A stretch of DNA of 64,000 nucleotides from contig CAZSUV010000001.1 of NCBI GenBank assembly GCA_964610125.1, positions 120,035 through 184,034 of the forward strand, read 5' to 3'. This document shows positions 38,765 through 49,333 of this stretch, in pieces. The first letter of the stretch is position 1. The number at the start of each line of letters is the position of its first letter. The position numbers were made by a program, and so were the translations under genes. The notes under the pieces are model-generated. The model made no database searches and was not told the DNA's origin. It saw nothing but the letters and a program-made list of their open reading frames with translations. The stretch comes from an uncultured Candidatus Saccharibacteria bacterium. Lineage in GTDB: Bacteria; Patescibacteriota; Dojkabacteria; SC72.

Positions 38765-39787
38765 ATGATAAAGAAAATCATATGGTTCCTTGTATTACCC
38801 CTAATCATTGGAGTAAGCATTTACTTCATATTCTTCAACAAGAAAGCTGCGACAAACAACACGGATAAAGGTGGTGATACTAATCAAACTCAAACGGATA
38901 ATACAGATACAACCGATGAGGATGAAGATGCCGATACAGATACTACAAATAATGAGGGAACAACAACACCGCTAACGGGTTTTTCAACAGAGAGTCAGAC
39001 TGAAGGTGTAGCTTCGCAGTCTAAATTCACAATCGAGGATGTAACTAATACTGCTCGAACTGGATATCATGAATTTACATTCTCACTTTCCTCTACGGGT
39101 ACTGATGATCCATATGTAATTGCGACATACAGAAGTGATCTTGGAGTTATACGTATTGATTTAAATCAGATTGAGAAGGATAACAGTGATATTGGATATC
39201 AAAAGGCTGTTGCAATTAACAAGGAAGGGATATCTCAGCTTTACCACAATGTATCTTCTGATCAAACCGAGGAGATATATGATATTGGCGTAAGTAAGAG
39301 TACAGCTTTCAAGATTACTACTGCAAAGATGTCTGATAGATGGGATATCATAGTTGGTGTTCAATATCCTGGAGTAGTCTCTACTGAAAATCTAGATTTA
39401 GGTAGTAAAGAATTTGGTAAAACAGCTCAAGCCATTATGGGCGTTGATGCTACCAAGGGTTCTACTTTAGCATCATATACATATGGTTCTACTTCCGGTG
39501 TTTTCAAGTTTGTATGGAATGTTAGTAGCTCTGATACTAATCCAATTCCTTCTGTAAGTGCAGCATACAATGCAGAACATCATTTAGTTGTTACCTTTGG
39601 AAGTGTAAAAACAGACAAGGTATATCTTGCAGTTGATGGTATTGATCTCCCAGGTGTATTAGCTATGCAAACTGAGAGAAGTGCTGAAAAGAGTATATAT
39701 ACCTTCTATGGTTTAACTGAAGATGTTGATTACAAATTGAGTGCTGGATTAAGCCCTAACCAAGTAATAGTTGAGATAAAGTTGTAA
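38765..39787 (+). CDS. membrane-anchored surface protein with acidic linker
   Basis: N-terminal TM, T/D-rich linker, two beta-rich domains. Confidence 0.8.
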   Translation: MIKKIIWFLVLPLIIGVSIYFIFFNKKAATNNTDKGGDTNQTQTDNTDTTDEDEDADTDTTNNEGTTTPLTGFSTESQTEGVASQSKFTIEDVTNTARTGYHEFTFSLSSTGTDDPYVIATYRSDLGVIRIDLNQIEKDNSDIGYQKAVAINKEGISQLYHNVSSDQTEEIYDIGVSKSTAFKITTAKMSDRWDIIVGVQYPGVVSTENLDLGSKEFGKTAQAIMGVDATKGSTLASYTYGSTSGVFKFVWNVSSSDTNPIPSVSAAYNAEHHLVVTFGSVKTDKVYLAVDGIDLPGVLAMQTERSAEKSIYTFYGLTEDVDYKLSAGLSPNQVIVEIKL

Positions 39788-40192
39788 ATGATTAAGAGTA
39801 TAGTTTTTGATTTTAATGGAGTAATCTTGGACTCCAGTACACATCATATAAATGAGGATGTGATTGAGTTGCTTGAAGACTTGTTTGAATCTGATTTTAA
39901 GTTACATCTTTTTTCCAATACCTCTAAACAAGCTATAACCATCCTTAATGCTAAGTATGATTTCTTAAAATATTTCCATAATGTAATCCTTGTTGAAGAT
40001 ACGGGTTTGTCTAAGCCTTCTGATGCTTCATTTGAAAATCTTCTTAAAGTAACAGGGGAGGTTGGAGAAGAGATGGCATATATAGATGATGGAAAGGATA
40101 ATCTAAGACAGGCAAAACGCTATGGCATGTCGGCGATTCCTTTCGTAGATGCAGATAGGCTAAGGATTAGCTTAGCGTCTTTAGATATTTAA
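39788..40192 (+). CDS. HAD-superfamily hydrolase (cap-less)
   Basis: VFDFNGV, FSNT, KP, YIDD. Confidence 0.85.
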   Translation: MIKSIVFDFNGVILDSSTHHINEDVIELLEDLFESDFKLHLFSNTSKQAITILNAKYDFLKYFHNVILVEDTGLSKPSDASFENLLKVTGEVGEEMAYIDDGKDNLRQAKRYGMSAIPFVDADRLRISLASLDI

Positions 40193-40210
40193 ATTTTAAG
40201 ACATATAAAT

Positions 40211-40792
40211 ATGATAACTAGAGAAAGATGTATGCAGTTAATAGATAAATATGTGACTACCCCATGGCTTAAACTACATATGAAGGAGAGCGACATTATA
40301 ATGCAAGCTGTAGCCAATAGGCTTGGGGAGCATGAAGAAAAATGGGGTCTATCTGGTTTACTTCATGATTTAGATTTTGACTATGTAGGTAAGGATCCTG
40401 CAAGGCATGTGGTTGAGTTTGATGATATTTTAAAAATGGAGAATCTTGAAGTTGGGAAAGATATAGACAAGGATGTGTATCATGCGATTAAGGCTCACTA
40501 TGAAGAGAATCCTAAGGTACCTGAGAACAGAGAGAATAACTTAGATTATGCTTTGTCCGCTTCTGAGAACTTATCTGGTTTTTTAGTGGCTTGTGCTTTG
40601 GTTATGCCAGATAAGAAGATTGCGACTGTTACTTCTGATACGGTTTTAAGGAAGTTAAAGAAGAAGGAATTTGCGAAGGGTGTTAGAAGAGATTTGATAC
40701 AGGATATTGAAAAAACGGGTATATCTTTAGAAGAATTTATTGATATATCTTTAGATGCTATGAAGGCTAGGGCTAGTGAACTAGGGCTTTAA
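40211..40792 (+). CDS. HD-domain protein
   Basis: GLLHDLD, AIKAH, ACALVMP.KK, FAKGV.R. Confidence 0.85.
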   Translation: MITRERCMQLIDKYVTTPWLKLHMKESDIIMQAVANRLGEHEEKWGLSGLLHDLDFDYVGKDPARHVVEFDDILKMENLEVGKDIDKDVYHAIKAHYEENPKVPENRENNLDYALSASENLSGFLVACALVMPDKKIATVTSDTVLRKLKKKEFAKGVRRDLIQDIEKTGISLEEFIDISLDAMKARASELGL

Positions 40793-40815
40793 GGGTGTAA
40801 AATATATACCATTAA

Positions 40816-40889
40816 CGGGGCGTAGTTCAGATGGCTAGAGCGCTTGCATGGGGTGCAAGAGGTCGCACGTTCAAGTCGTGTCGCCCCGA
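40816..40889 (+). tRNA. tRNA-Pro(GGG), CCA not encoded
   Basis: CGGGGCG/CGCCCCG acceptor, CTTGC-ATGGGGT-GCAAG, GCACG-TTCAAGT-CGTGT. Confidence 0.96.
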
Positions 40890-40902
40890 TATCTGAAAAC
40901 AA

Positions 40903-41769
40903 CTAGTTATTGAATGATTTCTCAATATCTCTTCTTATGGATTTTGCAATATCGGAAGAATCTTTTATTCCTATTCCGCAACTATCAAGGGCCAATTTCG
41001 CTCTAACTCCCTCTAAATATATCTCATAGAAGTCGAGTGGTTTTGTTACAATTTCTTTAATCTTTTTGAAACTATCGATCGAAAAGGGTGTCAGTAAATT
41101 CAAGTCTAGAGGATCTACTAAATTATTGATTCCACTTCTTAAGATATTCTCGTGTGTTCTGGAATTAATACCTTTCTTAGCTAATTGCTGGGTATAATGT
41201 AAAAGAAGATCTTTTCGTGGATTATCATTTATCTTTTCTATACCTTTCATATAACCAAGTAATGAGTTCTTGAGCGGTTGTATATGCTGTGTCTCTAATT
41301 TTTCTATTCCCCAAAGAGCTAAATTACATGATCTAATCAAAGAGTTCGCCGATTGGGGGCTTAGGATAGTTTCTTTCTTATGGATTTCTTTCATGTCAAC
41401 ATTTATTAATCCTTGGTTTAAAGCTGTTGGAAACATATCTCCAATTTCCCCTTGAGGAGGAATTCCTTTTGAATATGATTCAAATGCCGCAAGCCGAAAT
41501 TCAATTACCCTATCAATATCAAATATCGCATCTATATATGCTACTTGCTCTGGCTCAGAATATAGCTGTTCTAATCTCTCCTGATATGTTTCCGAAGTAT
41601 CATCTTCTCTTAAAATCGATTGCTCATACTTTTCGCCATATTTCTTTTGATCTTCTTCTAAATGAAATTGAATTAACTCAGGAGTTGTAGCTAAAGCTTT
41701 CGCCAATGAGACTATGTCTCCTGTATTGGGATCTTGAGTACTAGAAGAACTATCCACAGGATCTGCCAT
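40903..41769 (-). CDS. hypothetical protein
   Basis: 288-aa ORF with no recognisable motif. Confidence 0.7.
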   Translation of the reverse strand: MADPVDSSSSTQDPNTGDIVSLAKALATTPELIQFHLEEDQKKYGEKYEQSILREDDTSETYQERLEQLYSEPEQVAYIDAIFDIDRVIEFRLAAFESYSKGIPPQGEIGDMFPTALNQGLINVDMKEIHKKETILSPQSANSLIRSCNLALWGIEKLETQHIQPLKNSLLGYMKGIEKINDNPRKDLLLHYTQQLAKKGINSRTHENILRSGINNLVDPLDLNLLTPFSIDSFKKIKEIVTKPLDFYEIYLEGVRAKLALDSCGIGIKDSSDIAKSIRRDIEKSFNN

Positions 41770-41896
41770 TATGCTATGTATATTATGTTATTTTAAATGA
41801 TATCCTTCTCAAAATCCTTTGTAAAGTAAGTCTGTTGGGGGATATGGGATTTTGATATATAATTTGAAAGTAAATATTAATTTCTTTAATATTCAA

Positions 41897-42673
41897 ATGG
41901 AAAAAAACAAAAAACTGTTACTCATAATCATAGGGATAATCTTCTCACTTTGTATACTCATACTCCCAGTAATCTTCCTCATTAGATTAACAACATCAGA
42001 AGTAAAAAATCTTGTAAGTGATAATAGTAAAACCATAACCAATTCAGAAGAAATAGAAAAGAAAGTAGAAGTATCCCAAAGCGAAGCATGGATATCTGCT
42101 TTCAGTACTGAAGAAGTACATGATACAAAAGATTTAGCACATGTAAAAATATGGGTAAATGCAAACCTCTTCCATATGGATGCAATAACCAGTTACACAA
42201 TAAAAAATATTAAGGTAGAAGGATACAAAAAAGGCAAAGTAGCAATCGTAAAACCAGGGCATATCAGTAACACGCTCTCTTCCTACAATTATGTCTGGGG
42301 ACCATATGAAGATGAAATGAAATCGGCAGAAATTAAGGATAGTGGAAAAACCCTAACCTTTGATGTAGTAGAGATAGCCCATTACTATGATGAAGTCTCA
42401 AGATCTGGAACCTCTATGCCAACATGGGGCATTTTTCTAAAAGAATTAGGGGAATACAATTACAGAAAGATAATGGATAGCTCAAATTTGTTTGAAAGTG
42501 AAAAAATCCTGGAATACGCAGATGTTGAACCAGATGATATCAATATATCTTTTTCATTTGATGTAGAAATGGTATTCGAAGATGGTACTAAGTGGGTAAA
42601 AAGATTCTCTGCGGAATTAGATGGTGCAAAGATTGTAGAAAACAAAAGCTATATGGTTGATCTTAGCTACTAG
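41897..42673 (+). CDS. membrane-anchored hypothetical protein
   Basis: MEKNKK, TM helix, soluble domain; ATG 41897 preferred. Confidence 0.75.
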   Translation: MEKNKKLLLIIIGIIFSLCILILPVIFLIRLTTSEVKNLVSDNSKTITNSEEIEKKVEVSQSEAWISAFSTEEVHDTKDLAHVKIWVNANLFHMDAITSYTIKNIKVEGYKKGKVAIVKPGHISNTLSSYNYVWGPYEDEMKSAEIKDSGKTLTFDVVEIAHYYDEVSRSGTSMPTWGIFLKELGEYNYRKIMDSSNLFESEKILEYADVEPDDINISFSFDVEMVFEDGTKWVKRFSAELDGAKIVENKSYMVDLSY

Positions 42674-42730
42674 GTTAACAAATGCATGGGAATATCGTAT
42701 AGTTAATAACTAAACTGTACCCTGCCCAAA

Positions 42731-44134
42731 ATGCAAAAAGAATATATTCAGATAGGAAATCCTAATGTCTTTAATGGCCAATATATGTTGGCTGTATTTA
42801 GATTAGAAGGATACGATAGCTCGTTAGTAGATATTGCAAGCGAAGTAGCTGCAGAATCATCTACAGGATCATTTGTTAAGATAGGAACAGCAACCGCTTT
42901 TTCAGAAAGCCTAGATGCTTTGGTATATCGAATAGATGAGAAGAATAACCTGGTATGGATAGCATATCCATGGAGAATATTTGACCGAGGAGGTAATGTT
43001 CAAAACATCATGACCTTCATCGCTGGTAATGTCTTTGGTATGGCAAGTGTAAAAGTGTGTAAGATATTGGATGTATATTTCCCACCACAGATGTTAGTAC
43101 AGTACGATGGACCAGAATATACCATTGATGATATGAGGAAGTATCTAAATATTCAGGAGAGACCAGTATTTGGAAGTATCATTAAACCAAAGATAGGTTT
43201 AACATCATCCGAATATGCAGAACTTTGCTATGATTTCTGGTCAGGTGGTGGTGATTTTGTTAAAAATGATGAACCCCAAGCAGATCAAGATTTCTGTCCT
43301 TACGACAAGATGGTACAAGATGTTAAGCATGCAATGGACAGAGTAGAACAAGAAACAGGTAAAACTAAGGTTCACTCTTTCAATATATCCTCTTCCGATT
43401 ACGATACCATGATTAAAAAAGCAGACTATATCCAATCTGTAATGAAACCAGGAAGCTATGCTTTCTTAGTAGATGGTATAACCGCAGGATGGATGGCGGT
43501 ACAAACCATTAGAAGAAAATATCCAAATGTATTCTTGCACTTCCATAGAGCAGGGCATGGTGCATTTACTAGAGATGAAAATCCAATAGGGTATACAGTT
43601 CCAGTATTGACCAAGTTTGCTAGACTAGCAGGTGCTTCAGGTATTCATACGGGTACTGCAGGTATCGGTAAGATGGCAGGATCTCCAAAGGAAGATGTCA
43701 TGGCAGCAAATCATTCCCTTAGATTATATTCAGAGGGTGATTACTTCAAACAGATCTGGTCAGAGATTCCAGAAAAAGATGCAGATCTACAATTAGCTAT
43801 ACAGAAAGAAGCTCAAGGAGAAGATTACAGTAATCTTGGATATTGGAGAATAACTAAGAAAATGTGCCCAATTATCTCTGGTGGTTTAAACCCATTACTA
43901 GTAGGAGAATTCATAGATACAGTGGGAACTCAGGACTTCATAACTACAATGGGAGCTGGAGTACATTCTCATCCAATGGGAACAAAGGCTGGAGCAACTG
44001 CAGTCTTACAAGCATATGAGGCATGGAAGCAGAAAATCTCATTAGAAGAATATGCTAAGGACAAAGAAGAACTGAGGGTGGCTATAGATTTCTATACCAA
44101 GCACGAAGTCCCACATCCTGATAAACAGGTTTAG
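42731..44134 (+). CDS. rbcL: ribulose-1,5-bisphosphate carboxylase, form II/III type
   Basis: AAESSTG, IKPKIGL, GGDFVKNDE, HFHRAGHG, GIHTGT..GKM, PIISGG, GVHSHP; insert after loop 6. Confidence 0.95.
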   Translation: MQKEYIQIGNPNVFNGQYMLAVFRLEGYDSSLVDIASEVAAESSTGSFVKIGTATAFSESLDALVYRIDEKNNLVWIAYPWRIFDRGGNVQNIMTFIAGNVFGMASVKVCKILDVYFPPQMLVQYDGPEYTIDDMRKYLNIQERPVFGSIIKPKIGLTSSEYAELCYDFWSGGGDFVKNDEPQADQDFCPYDKMVQDVKHAMDRVEQETGKTKVHSFNISSSDYDTMIKKADYIQSVMKPGSYAFLVDGITAGWMAVQTIRRKYPNVFLHFHRAGHGAFTRDENPIGYTVPVLTKFARLAGASGIHTGTAGIGKMAGSPKEDVMAANHSLRLYSEGDYFKQIWSEIPEKDADLQLAIQKEAQGEDYSNLGYWRITKKMCPIISGGLNPLLVGEFIDTVGTQDFITTMGAGVHSHPMGTKAGATAVLQAYEAWKQKISLEEYAKDKEELRVAIDFYTKHEVPHPDKQV

Positions 44135-45147
44135 TCAAAGAGACCAGTAATGGATTTTCTTTGGTTTACTCGGCTAATAGCCTCTGCAAAATAGCTCGCA
44201 ATTGAAACTTCTTTAAACCATTTTGCAGATTTCATAAATTCTTTGGAATGGTATGTACTGTCTGTTCCGATAACCAAATCTAAGTATCCATTCTCATATG
44301 CTTCTTGAAATCTTTCTTTTGCTGGGCCATTGAAAAGTGCGTGTGTGCAAACAGCGATGACTTTCTTTGCTCCCATATTCTTTGTCTCTTCTAGTGCTTT
44401 TACTAATGTTCCACCAGTACAAATCATGTCATCAACAATATATACATCCTTACCTTTTACATCACCCAATATGGACATCTTATCTACAGTATTAGCTTTA
44501 CAATAATTTCTAGCTTTGTATGAGAATGCGATATCTGTTTTCAAAGTTTGTGCATAGTGATTGGCACGTTTTGCACCACCTAAATCGGTAGGCATGATGA
44601 CGGTATTCTCTTTGTCCTCAATCATTTTTTTCAATACGGGAATCAAAACATATCCACCCATAAGGTTATCGATTTTTGCCCTTCTGAAAAATCCTTGGAT
44701 TGCGGAGTTATGTAAATCTATTGTAACTACATGATCTACACTTCCATCTCCTTCCAATTCATATGCGATTCTTGCTGCAGTAATTCCTTCTCTTCCGGAC
44801 TGTTTATCTTGTCTTGCATATGGATATGAAGGTAATACTGTGGTTATTCTTTCTGCATCACATCTTCGGCATGCGTCTACCATGGTATACAATGCCCTTA
44901 GATTTTCATCTGTTGATCGACCCTCTGAGTGATTTTCACAATCTTGGATAATGAAGACGTCCTTCCCTCTAATACTTTCGTTGATGACTGTTTTCAGTTC
45001 GGTACTTGCAAAATGCATCTCTTCTGAATCAATGAGGTGTACCTCTTCTCCATGCTTCTTCTTTAATTCCTTTTCTATTCTCTTCGCAAAACTTAATCCA
45101 GATGCACACGCTAATATTGAAAGTGGAGCTTTGGGTGTAGGAGTCAT
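44131..45147 (-). CDS. prs: ribose-phosphate pyrophosphokinase
   Basis: ESIRGKDVFIIQ, PSYPYARQDK, IDLH..IQGFF, VDDMICTGGT. Confidence 0.96.
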   Translation of the reverse strand: MTPTPKAPLSILACASGLSFAKRIEKELKKKHGEEVHLIDSEEMHFASTELKTVINESIRGKDVFIIQDCENHSEGRSTDENLRALYTMVDACRRCDAERITTVLPSYPYARQDKQSGREGITAARIAYELEGDGSVDHVVTIDLHNSAIQGFFRRAKIDNLMGGYVLIPVLKKMIEDKENTVIMPTDLGGAKRANHYAQTLKTDIAFSYKARNYCKANTVDKMSILGDVKGKDVYIVDDMICTGGTLVKALEETKNMGAKKVIAVCTHALFNGPAKERFQEAYENGYLDLVIGTDSTYHSKEFMKSAKWFKEVSIASYFAEAISRVNQRKSITGLFD

Positions 45148-45223
45148 AGAAAGGATTTTTAATTTATTTCTATTTACAGTGTATATCCTGTTAAGAATTC
45201 TGTAAAATGAATTAATAATTTAT

Positions 45224-45808
45224 ATGGGAAATACTATGTCAAAGACTTTAGAGAACTTAACAAAGGCATTTATAGGGGAGAGTCAGGCTAGAAATAGATA
45301 TACCTTTTACTCTAGTATTGCTAGAAAAGAGGGATATATTCAGATATCACAAATTTTTGAAATGACTGCGACTCAAGAGAAAGAGCATGCTAATTGGTTG
45401 ATGAAAATGATTCAGACATTGAAAGAGGATGTTAATGGTCTCAAGGTTGAGGCTGATGCAAACTTTACAATGGGTACTACACAAGAAAATCTGAAAGCGG
45501 CGATTGAGGGTGAGATGTATGAGAACAAAGATATGTATCCTGAATTTGCTAAGGTTGCAAGAGAAGAAGGGTTTGAAGATATTGCGAAAAGATTAGAGTC
45601 TATTGCTATTGCTGAAGGTCATCATGCAGAGAGATATACTAAGCTTCATACTGTATTAACCGATGGGACTATATTTAAAAAAGATACTGAGGTTATATGG
45701 ATTTGTTCTGAGTGTGGTTATGTGTTCGTAGGTAAAGAACCTCCTATGGAATGTCCATCATGTGGTCATGCACAGGGTTTTTACTATCTAATGAATGAGG
45801 AGTATTAG
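45224..45808 (+). CDS. rbr: rubrerythrin
   Basis: AFIGESQARNRY, EKEHA, E..H diiron sites, WICSECG..CPSCGH. Confidence 0.95.
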   Translation: MGNTMSKTLENLTKAFIGESQARNRYTFYSSIARKEGYIQISQIFEMTATQEKEHANWLMKMIQTLKEDVNGLKVEADANFTMGTTQENLKAAIEGEMYENKDMYPEFAKVAREEGFEDIAKRLESIAIAEGHHAERYTKLHTVLTDGTIFKKDTEVIWICSECGYVFVGKEPPMECPSCGHAQGFYYLMNEEY

Positions 45809-45912
45809 TATATTTCTATCTATAATTATACTAAAAATAATTTTTGTATACAATATTGACTCAAAATAGGGTTGGGTGGTAATATTTGCCTTATAACATA
45901 AGCCTTTTTAAT

Positions 45913-47724
45913 ATGGAGAAAGAAAAGGATATTACGTTCGGTGAGTATATAAAAATTTCAAAGTGGGTGCTAAGTATAAGTTTTAAAATATCTCGAAGTA
46001 GTGAGATTATTCGGTTAGTTGGACAAATTTTCAATAATCTTGGCTTCTTGTACAACACATATATCATCTCAAAGATTATCGATGCTTTAGTAAAAGAATC
46101 TACATCTGTCGATGCTACGATACAAAGATTGCTCCCATATCTTGGAATTTTATTAGTTGTTAATACCATATTTGTAGTAATCGCAGAGCTAAGAGGTTAC
46201 GCTGATAGAAAGATGAATCAGTTATCTATGCCATTTTATGAAAAAATGAAATATGACAAAGTTCGGGAATTGGGATTGCAGACTCTAGAATTTCCGGATA
46301 TCGCAAATTTAAAGCAGAAAGTAGAGGAATGGTTAGGGCTAATTGGTAACATCGATAGCTCGATTGTGAGCATAATCTCTTTCTTAATTCGAATTGTTGT
46401 ATCTGGAATTGTGCTTTACAGTACGGTGCCTATCTTGATACCTATTGTTCTTCTAGCTTCAATTCTCTTCTATTTCAATAAACGCAAATATTTTAAAATG
46501 GAATTTGACTGGATTCGAAGAGAAGACCATATTTCTGGAAGGCGTAAGCATTACAAAATATCGACGGATCTATCAAATATTAATACAATAGGTGAAATTT
46601 CAATAACTGGAGCACACGACTATCTAGATGCTAAATTTCAAAAGTTTTTTGATTACTACGCTTGGGGATTTCTTCGAATAATCAAAAAGGAATATTTTGC
46701 GGATTTCTTATTGACCTTATTGAGCAACGTTGTAACAGTTTTAGGATACATTCAGGTCTTTGTTATATATCTTGCAAAATCAATTACTATTGGTAATGTT
46801 ACTTTCTATTTAGGTACCATAGATGGGTTTTATTCTGGTATTGAAAGATTCTTTAGAGAATTTGTAATATATCGAGATAATATGCTGAAAATCAAGGATG
46901 TATATACTTTCTTTCAATTGGAGTCAAAAATTAAAGATGGAAGTTATGCTCTTCCTCGATTCGTAACTCCTCCTGCAATAGATATTAAAAACTTGTCTTT
47001 TCATTATCCCAACAACAAAATAAAGATATTGAAGAATTTTTCCTTAACAATTAAGGCAGGAGAAAAAATTGCAATTGTTGGTGAAAATGGAGCGGGCAAA
47101 TCAACCTTAGTAAAGATGCTAGCTAGAGTATATGATCCTCAAGAAGGGGAAATATTGATAAACGAAAGAAATATTAAAGAAATTAAACTTGATGATTGGT
47201 ACAAAAACTTGGGTATACTTTTCCAAGACTTCAACTTCTATGGAGAGTTAAATGCACAAGAAAATATATATATTGGAAAATCAGTTAAGCCCATGGATAT
47301 GGATAAAGTTAAAGAGGCGTCTCATAACGCAGATGCCTATGATTTTATTCAAAAATATCCTAAAAAGTTTGAAACTATTATGAACGAAAGGTATGAGGGA
47401 GGTATACAACCAAGTAAAGGTCAACAACAGAAGATAGCTATAGCTAGGTTCTTCTACAGAGATGCTCCGGTTGCCATATTCGATGAGCCTACCTCTGCTA
47501 TAGATGCAGAATCAGAGTATAAGATATTCAATAAGATATATAAGTTCTTTGATAATAAAACTGTTATCATCATTTCCCATAGATTTTCTACTGTAAGAAA
47601 TGCAGACAGAATAGTTGTACTAGATCAGGGGAGAATTGTAGAAGAAGGTTCTCATCAAGAGCTTCTAGCTATGGGTGGAAAATATGCTCAAGCATTCAAG
47701 AAACAGGCTGAGGGATATTTGTAA
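45913..47724 (+). CDS. ABC exporter, fused TMD-NBD
   Basis: 6 TMs; GENGAGKST, PSKGQQQK (variant signature), IFDEPTSAID, SHR. Confidence 0.92.
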   Translation: MEKEKDITFGEYIKISKWVLSISFKISRSSEIIRLVGQIFNNLGFLYNTYIISKIIDALVKESTSVDATIQRLLPYLGILLVVNTIFVVIAELRGYADRKMNQLSMPFYEKMKYDKVRELGLQTLEFPDIANLKQKVEEWLGLIGNIDSSIVSIISFLIRIVVSGIVLYSTVPILIPIVLLASILFYFNKRKYFKMEFDWIRREDHISGRRKHYKISTDLSNINTIGEISITGAHDYLDAKFQKFFDYYAWGFLRIIKKEYFADFLLTLLSNVVTVLGYIQVFVIYLAKSITIGNVTFYLGTIDGFYSGIERFFREFVIYRDNMLKIKDVYTFFQLESKIKDGSYALPRFVTPPAIDIKNLSFHYPNNKIKILKNFSLTIKAGEKIAIVGENGAGKSTLVKMLARVYDPQEGEILINERNIKEIKLDDWYKNLGILFQDFNFYGELNAQENIYIGKSVKPMDMDKVKEASHNADAYDFIQKYPKKFETIMNERYEGGIQPSKGQQQKIAIARFFYRDAPVAIFDEPTSAIDAESEYKIFNKIYKFFDNKTVIIISHRFSTVRNADRIVVLDQGRIVEEGSHQELLAMGGKYAQAFKKQAEGYL

Positions 47725-47783
47725 TTGACCAATCATTGGTTATCTGCCACAATATACCTATCTAATATTTAAATATATCTGTA

Positions 47784-47990
47784 ATGAAAGTATCTATAGA
47801 CAAGACAAAATGTGCAGTATGTGGATCATGTGTTGCCATATGTCCTGAAGTATTTGAAATGAGAGATGATGGAGTAGTTGATGTTAAGCCTGAGTATCAG
47901 GGAGTAGAAATTACAGATCCTCAAATACAAGAAAAGGTAAGACAAGCGTTTGATGCATGTCCTGCTATGGCTATAGTTATAGAGGAGTAG
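47784..47990 (+). CDS. single-cluster ferredoxin
   Basis: CAVCGSCVAICPEVF ... CPAMAI. Confidence 0.92.
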   Translation: MKVSIDKTKCAVCGSCVAICPEVFEMRDDGVVDVKPEYQGVEITDPQIQEKVRQAFDACPAMAIVIEE

Positions 47991-47998
47991 AAACGGAT

Positions 47999-48412
47999 AT
48001 GGATGATTGTATTTTTTGTAAAATTGTTAAGGGAGAGATTCCTTGTTACAAACTTTATGAAAATGATTCCGTTATCGCTTGGTTAGATATCCAACCTTTA
48101 AGTAAAGGGCATCTTTTGGTTGTTCCTAAAGAACATTACAAAGATATCCATGAAGCTCCCGAAGAAACCTTGTGTGAAGTTATGAAGGTAACTAGAATAA
48201 TGGCAAACAAAATAAAGGAAGAATTACATCCAGAAGCAATATTGATTAATCAGAATAATGGTGAAAGGGCGGGGCAAACTATTATGCATTATCACATGCA
48301 TATAAAGCCAATATATGAGGATACTCACTGTAATAGTGAGGACGGACATAGACGAGGATTCTCTGATGAAGAAATGAAAGCTGTAGAGAAGTTGTTAAAA
48401 GTTTCTAATTAG
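47999..48412 (+). CDS. HIT-family hydrolase
   Basis: DCIFCKIVKGEIP, GH.LVVPK.H, HYHMHI. Confidence 0.93.
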   Translation: MDDCIFCKIVKGEIPCYKLYENDSVIAWLDIQPLSKGHLLVVPKEHYKDIHEAPEETLCEVMKVTRIMANKIKEELHPEAILINQNNGERAGQTIMHYHMHIKPIYEDTHCNSEDGHRRGFSDEEMKAVEKLLKVSN

Positions 48413-49253
48413 TCTTAAAGAATTGTAATATCTGGTCCATATATTCAGTATCTAAATCAAAGTGTGTTTTTCCTTCCAATGTAACTAGGGGAATATCTTT
48501 CCCAAGATTCTTCATGTATGCAACAAAATTGACTGAGTTGGAGTATCCAATATTTACATCGGCAGTACCATGCCATATTTGTATCCCAATATTCATTATC
48601 TTATCTACATCAGCTTGTTTCCATTCATATGTTCTAGTGGTTGGAGCAAGCAAAGCTATTTTAGCAATATTTTCTGGATATTTTTGAGCGAAATGCATAG
48701 TTGGTAAGCCACCCATACTAAATCCAATCAAATATATCTTTCCGTTTGTGGTGTAATGAGATTCTATCCACTGTTGAAGAAGTAGCATATCTGCTACAGA
48801 TGCTGCGTTCCCCCAGTTCTCATCATGCTCGTTGGATGCTGCAAATATGAAATTTTGCTCTCCAAAGTATTTCCCATATCCTTGCATATCAATCATGAAT
48901 GGATCGTACATATCGGAAATGATTCTAGTATTGGAACCATGACTATACAGAATGATTGATGGAGGATTATCTGTATCTATGCTTGTTGGTACAGCTATAT
49001 ATGCTGTTTGCCCTTCAAACTCTCTTACAATTTCTACATATTTAGGACCCTCAGGGGTAGTAGGCTCTTCTTCCCCAGTGGCAGCATTCTCTTGTGTTTG
49101 GTTTTGAGTCTCTTCCTGTTTAATTTCTTCTTTGGGAGGATTTTTTTCTACCAATACTTGGTATGCAAGATATGCGGGGAAAGCTAAAAGTAGGAGGAAT
49201 ACAATAAAAAGTACAATATCACTTATGTGTATTTTCTTTTCTGTATTCTCCAT
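48405..49253 (-). CDS. membrane-anchored alpha/beta hydrolase
   Basis: SHG, GFSMGG, WHGTADV, THF catalytic triad pattern. Confidence 0.88.
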   Translation of the reverse strand: MENTEKKIHISDIVLFIVFLLLLAFPAYLAYQVLVEKNPPKEEIKQEETQNQTQENAATGEEEPTTPEGPKYVEIVREFEGQTAYIAVPTSIDTDNPPSIILYSHGSNTRIISDMYDPFMIDMQGYGKYFGEQNFIFAASNEHDENWGNAASVADMLLLQQWIESHYTTNGKIYLIGFSMGGLPTMHFAQKYPENIAKIALLAPTTRTYEWKQADVDKIMNIGIQIWHGTADVNIGYSNSVNFVAYMKNLGKDIPLVTLEGKTHFDLDTEYMDQILQFFKTN

Positions 49254-49333
49254 ATCATAATTATATTGATTTTTCATTCATCTGTCTATGAGATGGTATA
49301 ATATTAATTACTTAAATTTTGTGGCTTAATGAA

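Noticed and set aside
38860-38975. Repetitive ACAGATAC-like tracts here and near 49460-49520
   Set aside because: Low-complexity Thr/Asp/Asn linker codons inside membrane-anchored proteins
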